From the NCBI GenBank assembly GCA_965198225.1, contig CBDAOY010000004.1, positions 96,001 to 160,000 of the forward strand: DNA of 64,000 nt, read 5' to 3'. Under the pieces are notes generated by a model that did not search any database, was not told where the DNA came from, and saw nothing but the letters and a program-made list of their open reading frames with translations. The DNA is from Terriglobia bacterium (GTDB lineage Bacteria > Acidobacteriota > Terriglobia > 20CM-2-55-15). Positions within the stretch are counted from its first letter, which is position 1, and each line of letters starts with the position of its first letter. Shown here one piece after another: positions 44,371-54,281 of this stretch. Both the position numbers and the translations under genes were made by a program.

Positions 44371-44548
44371 AAAACGGACCGGGTTGTCCGGTCCCACGTA
44401 GTCGTCCACAGCATCGGGCAGAAGTAGAAGTTGGGAACGATCTTCACCGGTGATATGTGCCATGACACATTTTACCAACCCCCATGGGGGGACCCGAAGC
44501 CAGTTCACCGACTCCCGCCCGGCTGTCGCCGACTTTTCACACAGTCTG
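44370..44548 (-). mobile_element. IS1182 end fragment (diverged variant)
   Basis: IR plus first ~36 transposase codons, with several substitutions versus the full copy. Confidence 0.85.
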
Positions 44549-45079
44549 GACCGTTTCTGTGACGCCTGAGAACGGAGCGAAATCCGTGCCGTGGGCGGTC
44601 TCACAATCGGTATCTTAAACTACGACTCGGAAACCTTTGGCTCCAATCGGAAGAGACATCAGTGTCGGCATCTATTTTCTCAGAGACTGAGTTGGCTCGG
44701 TTGGCGAGCTTTCCCGAGGAAATCCCGAGCGATGACCTGATCATCGCTTCCCGAAAGATTGAATTCAGGAGGAACGCCCCTTTCACGATCCCCGCATCGG
44801 GCATGTCCGGGTGCTTCGACGAGAAACCGGAACGCCAACTCGATCAGGTCCAGGTGGGCCGGCTCTTTACTGAGAAGGCTTTGGGCAAAGACGCGCTACG
44901 TGCCGAACAGAAAGGTTGCTGCCTTCGCCCGCGAAACCGCTACAGTGCTGGCCCACATCGCCGGTACATCCGATTGGTTGGCTCTAGCGGCTTTCGTGAC
45001 AGTTGTGCGGCTTCCGCTATACTGGAGAATGAGGCTTGAATTTCTAACTTTACAACTATGTAACAAAGGGGCAGCCGCC

Positions 45080-45337
45080 ATGCCAATCGTCAAAGTAAAG
45101 GGCAAATACCAAGTGACACTGCCGTCCTCAGTACGCGATCAGGTGGGTATTGCTGTTGGCGATATCCTTGAGGCCACGGTGGAGAAGGGGAGAATAACAC
45201 TCACACCGAAGAGCATTGTCGATCGCGAGATTGCCAGGGGTCTCGAAGACTTCAAGAAGGGTCGCTCCATCGGTCCGTTCGAGACTGCTGATGTCGCCGC
45301 CAAGGCCCTTCGCCGGACGACCAAACACGGCCGGTAA
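45080..45337 (+). CDS. AbrB/MazE-family antitoxin
   Basis: MPIVKVKGKYQVTLPSSVRDQVGIAVGD. Confidence 0.85.
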   Translation: MPIVKVKGKYQVTLPSSVRDQVGIAVGDILEATVEKGRITLTPKSIVDREIARGLEDFKKGRSIGPFETADVAAKALRRTTKHGR

Positions 45338-45583
45338 GTGAGGGTTGCATTTTCAAATCGTTCTGTCCGCCAGTACAGAAAGCTTCCGGCGGCCGTTCAG
45401 GCGCGTTTCGACAAACAACTCGGTTTTCTTCTTTTAAACCTCCAGCATCCCTCGCTCCGATCCAAGAAATACGATGAGGCTGCCAATATATGGCAGGCTC
45501 GCGTCAATGACCATTACCGCTTCTATTTCCAGATCCACGGCGATACATATCGCGTTTTGAGCATAACTGGACATCCCAAATAG
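45338..45583 (+). CDS. RelE/ParE-like toxin
   Basis: HPSLRSKK...IWQARVNDHYRFYF. Confidence 0.8.
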   Translation: MRVAFSNRSVRQYRKLPAAVQARFDKQLGFLLLNLQHPSLRSKKYDEAANIWQARVNDHYRFYFQIHGDTYRVLSITGHPK

Positions 45584-45621
45584 CTCCACGGATCGTTTCG
45601 CTCATCGAACCGGCGGTTTGA

Positions 45622-45840
45622 TTATGTTGAGTTGACCCCGAGCTGCATGCCCGTGAATAGCAGGAGCTCATCGAGGACCTCGAAGGGCTGCTGCTTCGGG
45701 AAGCGGTTGAGTAGGCGCACAAAGCCGACTTGGTAAGCGAAGCCGAGCTGGTTGTGCGCGCGACGGCAGCCCTGAACCTCCGCAAGATCAACCGCGTCGA
45801 GAGTCGCCCGTTGGGCGAGGTAGTGACGGCTGAATGTCAT
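45622..45840 (-). pseudogene. tnpA: Tn3-family transposase N-terminal fragment
   Basis: DLAEVQGCRRAHNQLGFAYQVGFVRLLNRFP. Confidence 0.75.
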
Positions 45841-45868
45841 CGGGGGGGCGACCGTCGTAAAACCGGTC

Positions 45869-47584
45869 CAGACTGTGTGAAAAGTCCAAGTCGTGGATCG
45901 CTGATCCGGCAACACCGAAGGGCAAGCACGATGACGGACCCGTGGCGACGCAGATCACTCGGGGCTGCCAGCCTTTTCGGTGGCGTGAGGTGTTGCTGTG
46001 ACTGGGAAACGCGGGATGGAGGCGGATTGTTGCGCCAAAAACGGGCGGATTACCCGGTCAAACCGCTGCGACGGCAATCAAGGCGGGAATTCCTACGAGG
46101 TTGATTGCGCGGCGCATGTTGTAGGCCAAGGCGGTGAGGCTGAACTCCCCGCGGACATTGCCGAGTCGGCGCGTCAGGAACGCGCCTTGGCCCATCCACT
46201 GCTTGATCGAACCGAAGGGATGCTCGACCGACTCCCGGCGACGATCCATCACCTCGGGCCGGGCGGCGAGACGGTTCGCCATGCGCTCCATCGTTGCTTC
46301 GTTCTCGAAGCGCGTGATGCGCCGATAGGTGTTCTTGGTACATCGTTCGCGTAGACCGCAGCCTCTGCATGCGGCGCGGTTGGCGTAACTGACAAGATAC
46401 GTGCCTGTGCGCGACTTACCGACGCTTCCGCGATACAACGGCACCAGGCGCTCACCAGCGGGGCACCGGTAGGTGTCCGTGGAGTCGTCGTATTGGAAAT
46501 CGGACTTCGGAAAGTGGCCACTGCGTCTGGCCGTGCTCCGGTCGGGCTTCGGAACGTAGGGCGTGATCCCGGCGGCTTCGCAGTCCTCAATGTCTTCGAT
46601 CTTGTAGTAGCCTCGGTCCGCGACCGCGTCGATCTCGTCGACAGCCAAGTTCTCCCGAGCCGCTGTGGCCGTCTCCGCGAGCAGACCGAGGTCCGAGACC
46701 TTGCTATGGACCTGCTGTTCGGCGATCAGGTTGTGCTCAGTGTCGACAGCGATCTGGACGTTGTAGCCGACTCCGACCCGTGTCCCGGAATGCATTGACC
46801 GGGAGTCCGGATCCGTAAGCGACAGCTGGGCTTCTCCGGTATCGTCCAGCGTCTGCCGATGCCCCTCCAAGGTCTCCTTTCTCTTACGGATCGATGCGAT
46901 CTTCTCCTGAAGATCCGCCACGGCAGCCGCTCTGCCGCCGGCATCATCCGCGTCGGCCTCGTTCACCTGGTCGAGGTAGCGGTCGAGTCGGTCGTCGATA
47001 CGCTGCAGGTCCGTCTTCAGCTTGGCCCGCGTGAAGTTGCGGTCCCGGTGGTTCACCGCCTTGATGCGCGTGCCGTCCACGGCGATCAACTCCCGCCCGT
47101 ACAGGTCGAGTTCCCGGCACAACCGCACGAACCGCCGAAACACCGCCCGGAACGCATGCCGATTGTCGCGCCGGAAGTCGGCGATCGTCTTGAAGTCGGG
47201 CTTCAGCTGGCGTAGCAGCCAGATCGCCTCGAGGTTGCGATGCGTCTCTGTCTCCAGCCTGCGGCTCGACCGAATACGATTCAGATACCCGTAGATATAC
47301 AGCTTCAGCAGATCCGCGGGATCGTAGCCTGGACGGCCCTTGTCGTTGGGCCGAACGCGCTGGAATCCAGCCGCCTCAAGGTCGAGACCGTCGACGAATG
47401 CATCAATGAAACGGACCGGGTTGTCCGGTCCCACGTAGTCGTCCACAGTATCGGGCAGAAGCAGAAGCTGGGAACGGTCTTCACCGGTGATATGTGCCAT
47501 GACACATTTTACCAACCGCCATGGGGAACCTGATGCCAGTTCACCGACTCCCGCCCGGCTGTCGCCGACTTTTCACACAGTCTG
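45869..47584 (-). mobile_element. IS1182-family element, full length
   Basis: IRs CAGACTGTGTGAAAAGTC at both ends; intact 485-aa ORF. Confidence 0.93.
46058..47515 (-). CDS. IS1182-family transposase
   Basis: GRPGYDP, SSRRLE, PDFKTIADFR, VDGT, TDPD, ADRGY, VEHPFGSIK. Confidence 0.93.
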   Translation of the reverse strand: MVKCVMAHITGEDRSQLLLLPDTVDDYVGPDNPVRFIDAFVDGLDLEAAGFQRVRPNDKGRPGYDPADLLKLYIYGYLNRIRSSRRLETETHRNLEAIWLLRQLKPDFKTIADFRRDNRHAFRAVFRRFVRLCRELDLYGRELIAVDGTRIKAVNHRDRNFTRAKLKTDLQRIDDRLDRYLDQVNEADADDAGGRAAAVADLQEKIASIRKRKETLEGHRQTLDDTGEAQLSLTDPDSRSMHSGTRVGVGYNVQIAVDTEHNLIAEQQVHSKVSDLGLLAETATAARENLAVDEIDAVADRGYYKIEDIEDCEAAGITPYVPKPDRSTARRSGHFPKSDFQYDDSTDTYRCPAGERLVPLYRGSVGKSRTGTYLVSYANRAACRGCGLRERCTKNTYRRITRFENEATMERMANRLAARPEVMDRRRESVEHPFGSIKQWMGQGAFLTRRLGNVRGEFSLTALAYNMRRAINLVGIPALIAVAAV

Positions 47585-47729
47585 GTTCGGTTTCGCGACA
47601 GGTAACGGGGAAGGCTCACGACGCAGGATCTGGACGCTGATCGCGTTGCAAAACCCTGTCGCACAAGTCATTGTTGCAATTCTACGGGGTCGCGGCCTTT
47701 CTGCGACACCCAGACAAGGGGGGGGGGGG

Positions 47730-48286
47730 ATGATGCGCATTGGGTATGCACGGGTCTCCACCCAAGACCAGACGCTGCAACTCCAGCACGACGCGCTCAC
47801 CGACGGTGGCTGCGAGAAGCTCTCCGGCACCCGCACGACTCTCCCGGCGAAAGAGAGAAACTCCTCGCGTTCGCGCGCAAGGGCGATGTCGTCGTGGTGT
47901 GGAAACTCGATCGCCTTGGGCGCTCCCTCCGCGATCTGATTGATGTGGTGAACTCGCTCCAGGACCGCGGGGTCGGATTACGGTCTCTCCAGGAAGCCAT
48001 CGACACGACAACACCCGCCGGCAAGCTCACGTTTCACATCTTTGCCGCACTTGCCGAGTTCGAGCGCGACATGATCCGTGAGCGCACCCGTGCCGGCCTC
48101 GTCGCCGCCCACAAGCGGGGCGTGGTCATCGGACGGCCGCGAGCACTCACGCCTGAGCAGATCCTCATGGCCAAGGCGATGACGGCCGACCCCGCCATCT
48201 CAACACGGCAGGTGGCGGAGCAGTTTGGTATCCACCGCTCGACGCTCTATCGGCACCTCAACGCGCGTCAGAAACGCTCCGCTTAG
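47730..48286 (+). pseudogene. tnpR: Tn3-family serine resolvase, frameshifted
   Basis: IGYARVST, then VWKLDRLGRS...AEFERDMIRERT and HTH in another frame. Confidence 0.88.
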
Positions 48287-48319
48287 CGTGCAAAATTACA
48301 CCAATCTGCCTGATACCCT
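48282..48319 (-). repeat. Tn3-family 38-bp terminal inverted repeat
   Basis: Reverse complement AGGGTATCAGGCAGATTGGTGTAATTTTGCACGCTAAG. Confidence 0.8.
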
Positions 48320-48455
48320 GATACAGCCGATCCGTCTAAGACGATGACTGAAGAGAAGCAACGGCCGAAGGATCTGGAGCGAGAGGATGGGGATCATCCT
48401 TGAAGCGTACGCTTTTCTCCATTTCGCGCGAGGTACCCCTTCTTCGACATCGTGA

Positions 48456-49034
48456 CTAGAACCCAAAAAAGATCCCAACGCTGGCCTCGAGAACGTTCAA
48501 AGTGTCATTCTCGATACCGCGTATGGAGTAGATGCGGACATCGAAGCGCAGGCCAGCAGGTGGCATCACCTCCAAATTCAACCCGCCTCCATAGTTGTAG
48601 CTGAACTTCGTTCCGAAACCGCCAAGCCCGCTGCCTCCCGCACGAATGAGACCCGCACCGGCCGTTGCGTAGGGCCGGAATAGAGGTGCTGGGAATTCCA
48701 CCCGCAGATTCGTACTGAAGAGAAAGGCGTTGCCGTCGCTGTCAATGAAATTCGGACTGTATGCGGCGGTGTACTCTAATCCCAGGGGCGCAGCAGTAGG
48801 ATAGAGCCGCACTCCGAAGATTCCAAAGTCCTTAGGGTCGATCTGAAAACCTGAAAGATCACCCGGGGAGCTCAGAGAAGGCACGCCGATGGCCTCGCCC
48901 ACACCGCCCACACCTGAACGCAGTGTGAGGGTGCCCGGATGCTGGAAGCCACCAAATACCGTCATGTCTTGAGCATGGAGCGTACCGGCAAAAACCATCC
49001 ACCCCGCAGTCAGAAATCCGAGTAAGTATTTCAT
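48456..49034 (-). CDS. Outer-membrane beta-barrel protein
   Basis: Signal peptide, RPYATAGAG, terminal F. Confidence 0.8.
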   Translation of the reverse strand: MKYLLGFLTAGWMVFAGTLHAQDMTVFGGFQHPGTLTLRSGVGGVGEAIGVPSLSSPGDLSGFQIDPKDFGIFGVRLYPTAAPLGLEYTAAYSPNFIDSDGNAFLFSTNLRVEFPAPLFRPYATAGAGLIRAGGSGLGGFGTKFSYNYGGGLNLEVMPPAGLRFDVRIYSIRGIENDTLNVLEASVGIFFGF

Positions 49035-49439
49035 TAGAAAACTATCAGCAGTTCCATGCCGGAGTCCAAACTCCCTTCGCCGCTACTCCTCTTCCGCCCA
49101 AACTGGCAGATTATGGCCCAGCGCACAATTCCAAGTGTGCTATCAAACATTGTAAGGGCAAGGTCTTTCAAGGTGCTGTCAAGTTAAGCAGGATCTGTAC
49201 TGCTCCTGATTTCTTGGACAGATAAGACACACCATAATCGAGATGGTTCACTTGATCGGCAAGGGTGAAGTGGCGCCGCGAGCGGCGCCGCGACACATCG
49301 GTCCGGCAGAGAATGATCCCTGTGGAACCGTCTCATAAAACGTTCGTTATTCTAGACACCTGGCCATGATCTTTCCGTCTCGAAGTCAATTGGCAAGCAA
49401 GCAGATCACACGGAAGGGGCGAGCGGAGGCTGTCACCAA

Positions 49440-49543
49440 GGAAGGCCTTGCCGCAACCCTGCTCCCAGCACGTCAGCCCGATCGAATGGGACCACGTCAT
49501 CCTCTACGGCCAGTACGTCCTCGATCGCGCCCTGGTCCGCTAA
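49440..49543 (+). pseudogene. Tn3-family transposase C-terminal fragment
   Basis: QHVSPIEWDHVILYGQYVLDRALVR*. Confidence 0.7.
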
Positions 49544-49799
49544 GGAACGGGTCCTTATGTTGTATTTCAACGTGCGCCGTGAGAAGGCGCCAATCCTCAG
49601 CGGGTGCGAATCCCGCCCGGCAACTGTCGCTCCAGTCGGTAGCAATCGGAGCGGATGGTGGAGGTAACAACATCGTCTGAAGCACTCCGATGACAAAGGG
49701 CCGCCTCGGGCGGCTCAGCGACCACACAGGCCACAACGCGAGTAAACGCCGAGCAGGCCTCGTATGTGGACGCCCCCCTGGTTGGCAAGCCTGACTTCG

Positions 49800-50130
49800 A
49801 ACCGAGGATCGGTGGCATTCAGGTCAGGTACGGTCGTATGTGCGGCCTCTTGATGCGGCACTTGCTGGCCGCGGGCCCGTATGGTGTTCGTGAGATCGGA
49901 TCCAAATCGAAACGACGGGCTCGATGGCCCTTCGAGGCCTACTGGGTTTTCCGATCCCGTCTTGTCGACCGTTTGCCCCTACCTTGTCCGACGTCCTGCT
50001 TGCACTCTCCAGTTGGAACCTCCGTGGCCCGTGTCCATCCGCCCAGGCGGCCAGCCGAACGATTTCCTCTCTCTTCTCCGCGTTTCTGATCTCGCCGACC
50101 CTTCTTCGCTCCACTGATCTGACTCGCAAC
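49800..50130 (-). ncRNA. Predicted bridge RNA/seekRNA of the IS1111 element (ends approximate)
   Basis: Stem-flanked internal loops carrying target-matching (49907-49914, 49931-49940) and donor-matching (49834-49842) segments. Confidence 0.8.
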
Positions 50131-50131
50131 C

Positions 50132-51178
50132 CTACGCTGCAGCCGCAACGGCCTTTGTCATTCCCCGTGCCCTGTAGCTCTCCTCCTTCACCGTCATGGC
50201 CCAGATGATGCGTGCCATCCTGTTGGCCAGAGCCACCGCAACCACCTTCCTCGGCTTTTCGTCCAGCATCCGGCCAAGCCAGGGATCGGTGACCTTCCTC
50301 CGCCGGATGGCACTCGAGATGACCGCCGTCGCCCCCAGGTACAGGAGCCTCCGGATGTCGCGCTGTCCCATCTTTGTGATCCCTCCCAGCCGTTGGCGGC
50401 CACCCGTCGAGGATTCACGCGGCGTGATCCCGACCCATGCCGCAAAGTCACGTCCATTACGGAAGCTCTCCATCGGTGGCGCGAACGCGTGCACCGCCAT
50501 TGCCGTGAGCTCTCCCACCCCTGGAATCGTCATCAGGCGCCCGAGCGCCTCATCTTCCCTCACGATGCGACGGATCTCCCGGTCCAGCTCATCGATCTCC
50601 GCATCCAGATCGTGGGTCCGCTCGATGAGGCGGCGTATGGCGGGAGGCACCAGCGCCGGGAAACACTCTTCACGCTCCGCGAACACCTCCTCCAGCCTCC
50701 CGACGTTGTGGGTCCCAAGCGGAGCGACGAGTCCAAACTCCGCGAGATGACCCCGCAGCGCGTTGATCGTCTGTGTCCGCTGGCGCACCAGCAGTGCCCG
50801 GGCCCGGAACACCACCGATCGTGCCTGCTCCTCCTCGGTCTTCACGGCCACGAACCGCATCGTCGGCCGCTGGGCCGCCTCGACGATCGCTCCCGCGTCG
50901 TTGGCGTCATTCTTCTGCCTCTTGACGTACGGCTTCACATACATCGGGGGAATCAGGCGGACCTCGTGACCGATCTCCTGGATCATCCGCCCCCAATGAT
51001 GGGCGCTGCCGCACACTTCCATCACGACCCGGCAGACAGGCTGCTTGGCGAGGAACTCGAGTAGCTTCGGGCGCGTGAGCTGCCTGCGCAGCACAGGCTC
51101 ACCGCTTGCCGTGGCTCCATGCAGTTGGAAGTACCTCTTTGAAATGTCGATGCCGATGATGGTGATCACCTTGCCCAT
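50132..51178 (-). CDS. IS110-family DEDD recombinase/transposase
   Basis: IGIDISK, VMEVCG, KNDANDA, TIPGVG, SSTGGR. Confidence 0.95.
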   Translation of the reverse strand: MGKVITIIGIDISKRYFQLHGATASGEPVLRRQLTRPKLLEFLAKQPVCRVVMEVCGSAHHWGRMIQEIGHEVRLIPPMYVKPYVKRQKNDANDAGAIVEAAQRPTMRFVAVKTEEEQARSVVFRARALLVRQRTQTINALRGHLAEFGLVAPLGTHNVGRLEEVFAEREECFPALVPPAIRRLIERTHDLDAEIDELDREIRRIVREDEALGRLMTIPGVGELTAMAVHAFAPPMESFRNGRDFAAWVGITPRESSTGGRQRLGGITKMGQRDIRRLLYLGATAVISSAIRRRKVTDPWLGRMLDEKPRKVVAVALANRMARIIWAMTVKEESYRARGMTKAVAAAA

Positions 51179-51577
51179 GTATCCCTCCCTCTATCGTGTT
51201 CTGAACGCACCCCTTGTGCGTTCTGCTGACCCGGCCCATTCTGCCGCCGGGGAGCGGGGGCGTCCACTCCATCGAAACGCACAATGCGGAAGCCGACCCG
51301 CCGTTGAAACGGGGAAGGCTGCCAGCGGTCGGGAAGCGAGCGACGCGAGCACCGACTGGTTCCGCCGGGGTATTGGGCGGTGGCATGTATGGAAGAGGGG
51401 ATTGGACGCAACACGGGAAGCCCTGCCGGTGGCGTGGCACGCGCCAACCGACAGCCCGCGAGGGTCAGGTTGGGCCGACAGGGTGGCGGAGAGGTCCGCA
51501 GTACCAAGAAAGCCGGGTAATGCCGCGTGGAGGGAAGGGACCTCAGTTCGAGAGCAGCGCATGACGGAGGAAGGGCC

Positions 51578-52399
51578 ATGAGGACTGGCGAGAGCCTAAC
51601 AGCCTCGGAGAGAGTTCAGCGACTCCAGACGGCGCTACATGTAGAAAGCGAAGGAAGCCCTGGGCTTCCGGTTCTACTCTCTGAGCGACAAGGTGTGGCG
51701 CGACGACGTGCTCGCAGTCGCCTGGCAGGCCGTGCGACGCAACGGCGGCGCGACACGGGGTGGACGGCGAGACGGTCGCGGACATCGATGCGTTCGAGGT
51801 GGACCGGTGGCTGGGAGCACTGGCGCGGGACCTGAAGGAAGGGACCTATCGGCCGCATGCGGTTCGGCAGGTTCTCATCCCGAAGAAGCAACGAGGGAAG
51901 TTCCGGCCGTTGGGCATTCCGTGTCTCCGGGATCGGGTGGTGCAGACGGCGGCGATGCTGGTGTTATCGCCGATCTTCGAAGCCGACCTGCAACCGGAGC
52001 AGTATGCGTACCGGCCGGGCCGAGACGCGCATGACGCAGTCAGGCGCGTGCATCGGCTGCTGACGACGGGCCACCGGGAGGTGGTGGACGCCGACCTGTC
52101 GGACTACTTCGGCCAGATTCCGCACGCGGACCTGATGAAGTCCATCGCCCGGCGTGTGAGCGACGGGCGGCTGTTGGGCTGGGTCAAGGCGTGGCTGGAG
52201 ATGGCGGTGGAAGAGGACGACGGGCGCGGCGGTCGCCGCCGCACGAACCGGGCGCGTCACGAGCGGAAGGGGACCCCGCAAGGGTCTCCGATCTCGCCGC
52301 TGTTCAGCAACATCTACATGCGGCGCTTCATTCTGGGCTGGAAGGTGCTGGGCTACGCCCGGCACTTCAAGGCGGAAATCGTCAACTACGCGGATGACT
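51578..52399 (+). pseudogene. RT of intron A, frameshifted near the 5' end and cut immediately after YADD
   Basis: VQRLQTALH, RPLGIP, DADLSDYF, GTPQG, NYADD|. Confidence 0.9.
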
Positions 52400-54281
52400 G
52401 TGCGCCACGACGGTGCGTAGAGGAGGCGGTCATGTAGACGCCGAATCGACACAGCCTTGCTGCACGAGAGATGAGGGCGGGCCCCTCGGACTCGGGGTGC
52501 AGGCCCAGGGTCCAAACCGCCGGATGCTGCTCGGACCAAACGGCCGGGGTGGTGAGCGAGACGGAAAAGGCGGGACAAACCCGTCAGGTGAGCGATGGGA
52601 AGACGAACGTGAGTGAACCGCTGATGACGTGTCGAAAGCGTAGGGACGCCATCGAAACCAAGCTCCAGTCGTTGGCCTGGGATGAAGCTCGGGAGGAGCC
52701 TGTTGACTGCCCGAGCGGTGGCCGGCATGAAGGCGGCGTGAGCCCATTGCAGGCTCTTGTGCGGAACGTGGGAACCTATCGCCTCGATGTTAAGGGAGAA
52801 ATCCAAGTGGAGGACCCACAAGGATGAGAATACCGATGCGAGGCGAAGGGGCGGATGGGCTTGTAGGAGCGAAGAAGCCTGGTAATGCGGGTGGAGCAAA
52901 GGGGCCCAACTCTCTGGCCAAGGACGCCGGTCAACCAGCGATGGGAGGAGCCGGTGTCTGAGGCAAAGCCTTATGTGATTCCAAAGCAACTTGTCTGGGA
53001 ATCGTACCAGCGGGTGAAGGCGAACCGCGGTGCAGCGGGCGTGGACGGTGAGTCGCTGGCGGCGTTGGAGAAGGACCTGAAGGGGAATCTCTACAAGGTC
53101 TGGAACCGGATGTCGTCGGGCTCGTACTTCCCGCCGCCCGTGCGGCTCGTTGAGATACCGAAGGATAACGGCGGCAAGCGCCCACTCGGTATTCCCACTG
53201 TTGCCGACAGAGTGGCGCAAACGGTCGTGAAGATGGTGTTCGAGCCCTTGGTGGAGCCGGTATTCCACGAGGACTCGTACGGCTATCGCCCCGGCCGGTC
53301 TGCGCTCGATGCGGTGGGAGTGGCGAGGAAGCGCTGCTGGGGCGCGGATTGGGTCATCGACCTGGACATCAAAGCCTTCTTTGATTCCATCCCGCATGAC
53401 CTCATTGAGCGCGCCGTGGCCCACCACACTGACCTTCCGTGGGTCCGTCTGTACGTTGCGCGGTGGCTTCGTGTCGCTGTGCAGCGGCCAGACGGGATCC
53501 TGGAGGAGCGGACGACGGGCACGCCGCAAGGCGGAGTCGTCAGTCCGCTGCTGGCCAACCTGTTGCTGCACTACGCGTTCGACCTCTGGATGCAAAGGAC
53601 CTTTCCGAGCGTCCAGTTCGAGCGGTATGCGGACGATGCCATCGTCCATTGCAGGAGCGAACGGCAGGCGCGAGCAGTATTGGAGGCCATTCGGGGTCGG
53701 TTCGAGCAGTGCGGTTTGGAGCTTCATCCTGTGAAGACCCGTATCGTTTACTGCAAGGACGACGACCGGCCTGGGGACTACGAACACGTCAAGTTCGACT
53801 TCCTCGGGTACACCTTCCAACCTCGGCGGGCGAAGAATCGCTGTTGGAAATTCTTCGTGAGCTTCCTACCGGCGATCAGCGCCAAGGCCGCCAAGAAGAT
53901 CCGGGCCACCATCCGCGAATGGCGGATGGCGTCCACCAGGAACAACCAGCGTCTGGAGGACTTGGCACGGCTCATCAACCCGTCGGTACGTGGCTGGATG
54001 AACTACTACGGACGGTTCTACCGGTCGAAGTGTGTTCAGGTCCTTCGCCATCTCAACGAGGCCCTCGCGGCATGGGCGCGATGGAAATACAAGCGGTTTC
54101 GGCGACGTGAGCGTGCGTCGATGCACTGGCTGGGGCGCATCGCGCGACGGGACAGGCAGCTGTTTGTCCTGTGGCAACTCGGCATCGTACCCGAGGCTGG
54201 AGAGTAGGAGCCGGATGAGGCGAGAGTTTCACGTCCGGTTCTGGGAGGGCCCGGGGGGGAAGTTCCCCCGGGCTACTCGAC
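52400..54281 (+). mobile_element. Group II intron B (class D-like), complete
   Basis: GTGCG start; domain V GAGCCGGATGAGGCGAGAGTTTCACGTCCGGTTC; end CTACTCGAC; EBS1 AGTCGT at 52667-52672. Confidence 0.92.
52954..54207 (+). CDS. ltrA: Group II intron RT/maturase (RmInt1-like)
   Basis: VKANRGAAGVDG, WNRMSSGSYFP, GTPQGG, ERYADD. Confidence 0.95.
   Translation: MSEAKPYVIPKQLVWESYQRVKANRGAAGVDGESLAALEKDLKGNLYKVWNRMSSGSYFPPPVRLVEIPKDNGGKRPLGIPTVADRVAQTVVKMVFEPLVEPVFHEDSYGYRPGRSALDAVGVARKRCWGADWVIDLDIKAFFDSIPHDLIERAVAHHTDLPWVRLYVARWLRVAVQRPDGILEERTTGTPQGGVVSPLLANLLLHYAFDLWMQRTFPSVQFERYADDAIVHCRSERQARAVLEAIRGRFEQCGLELHPVKTRIVYCKDDDRPGDYEHVKFDFLGYTFQPRRAKNRCWKFFVSFLPAISAKAAKKIRATIREWRMASTRNNQRLEDLARLINPSVRGWMNYYGRFYRSKCVQVLRHLNEALAAWARWKYKRFRRRERASMHWLGRIARRDRQLFVLWQLGIVPEAGE

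Larger units (their letters stand above)
49763..51271 (-). mobile_element. IS110-family (IS1111 group) element
   Basis: Subterminal IRs GTGGACGCCCCC (49766-49777) / GGGGGCGTCCAC (51256-51267); TCG core on both sides; long 3' non-coding region. Confidence 0.92.
49572..52399 (+). mobile_element. Host group II intron A (5' part; class F-like), interrupted by IS1111 in domain I and by introns after YADD
   Basis: GTGCG start after TTCAAC; EBS1-like loop GTTGAA at 51303-51308; domain III GCAGTACC..GAAAGCCGGGTAA. Confidence 0.85.

Noticed and set aside
51964-53820. 618-aa minus-strand ORF
   Set aside because: Antisense shadow of two RT genes and intron RNA in high-GC DNA; no motifs.
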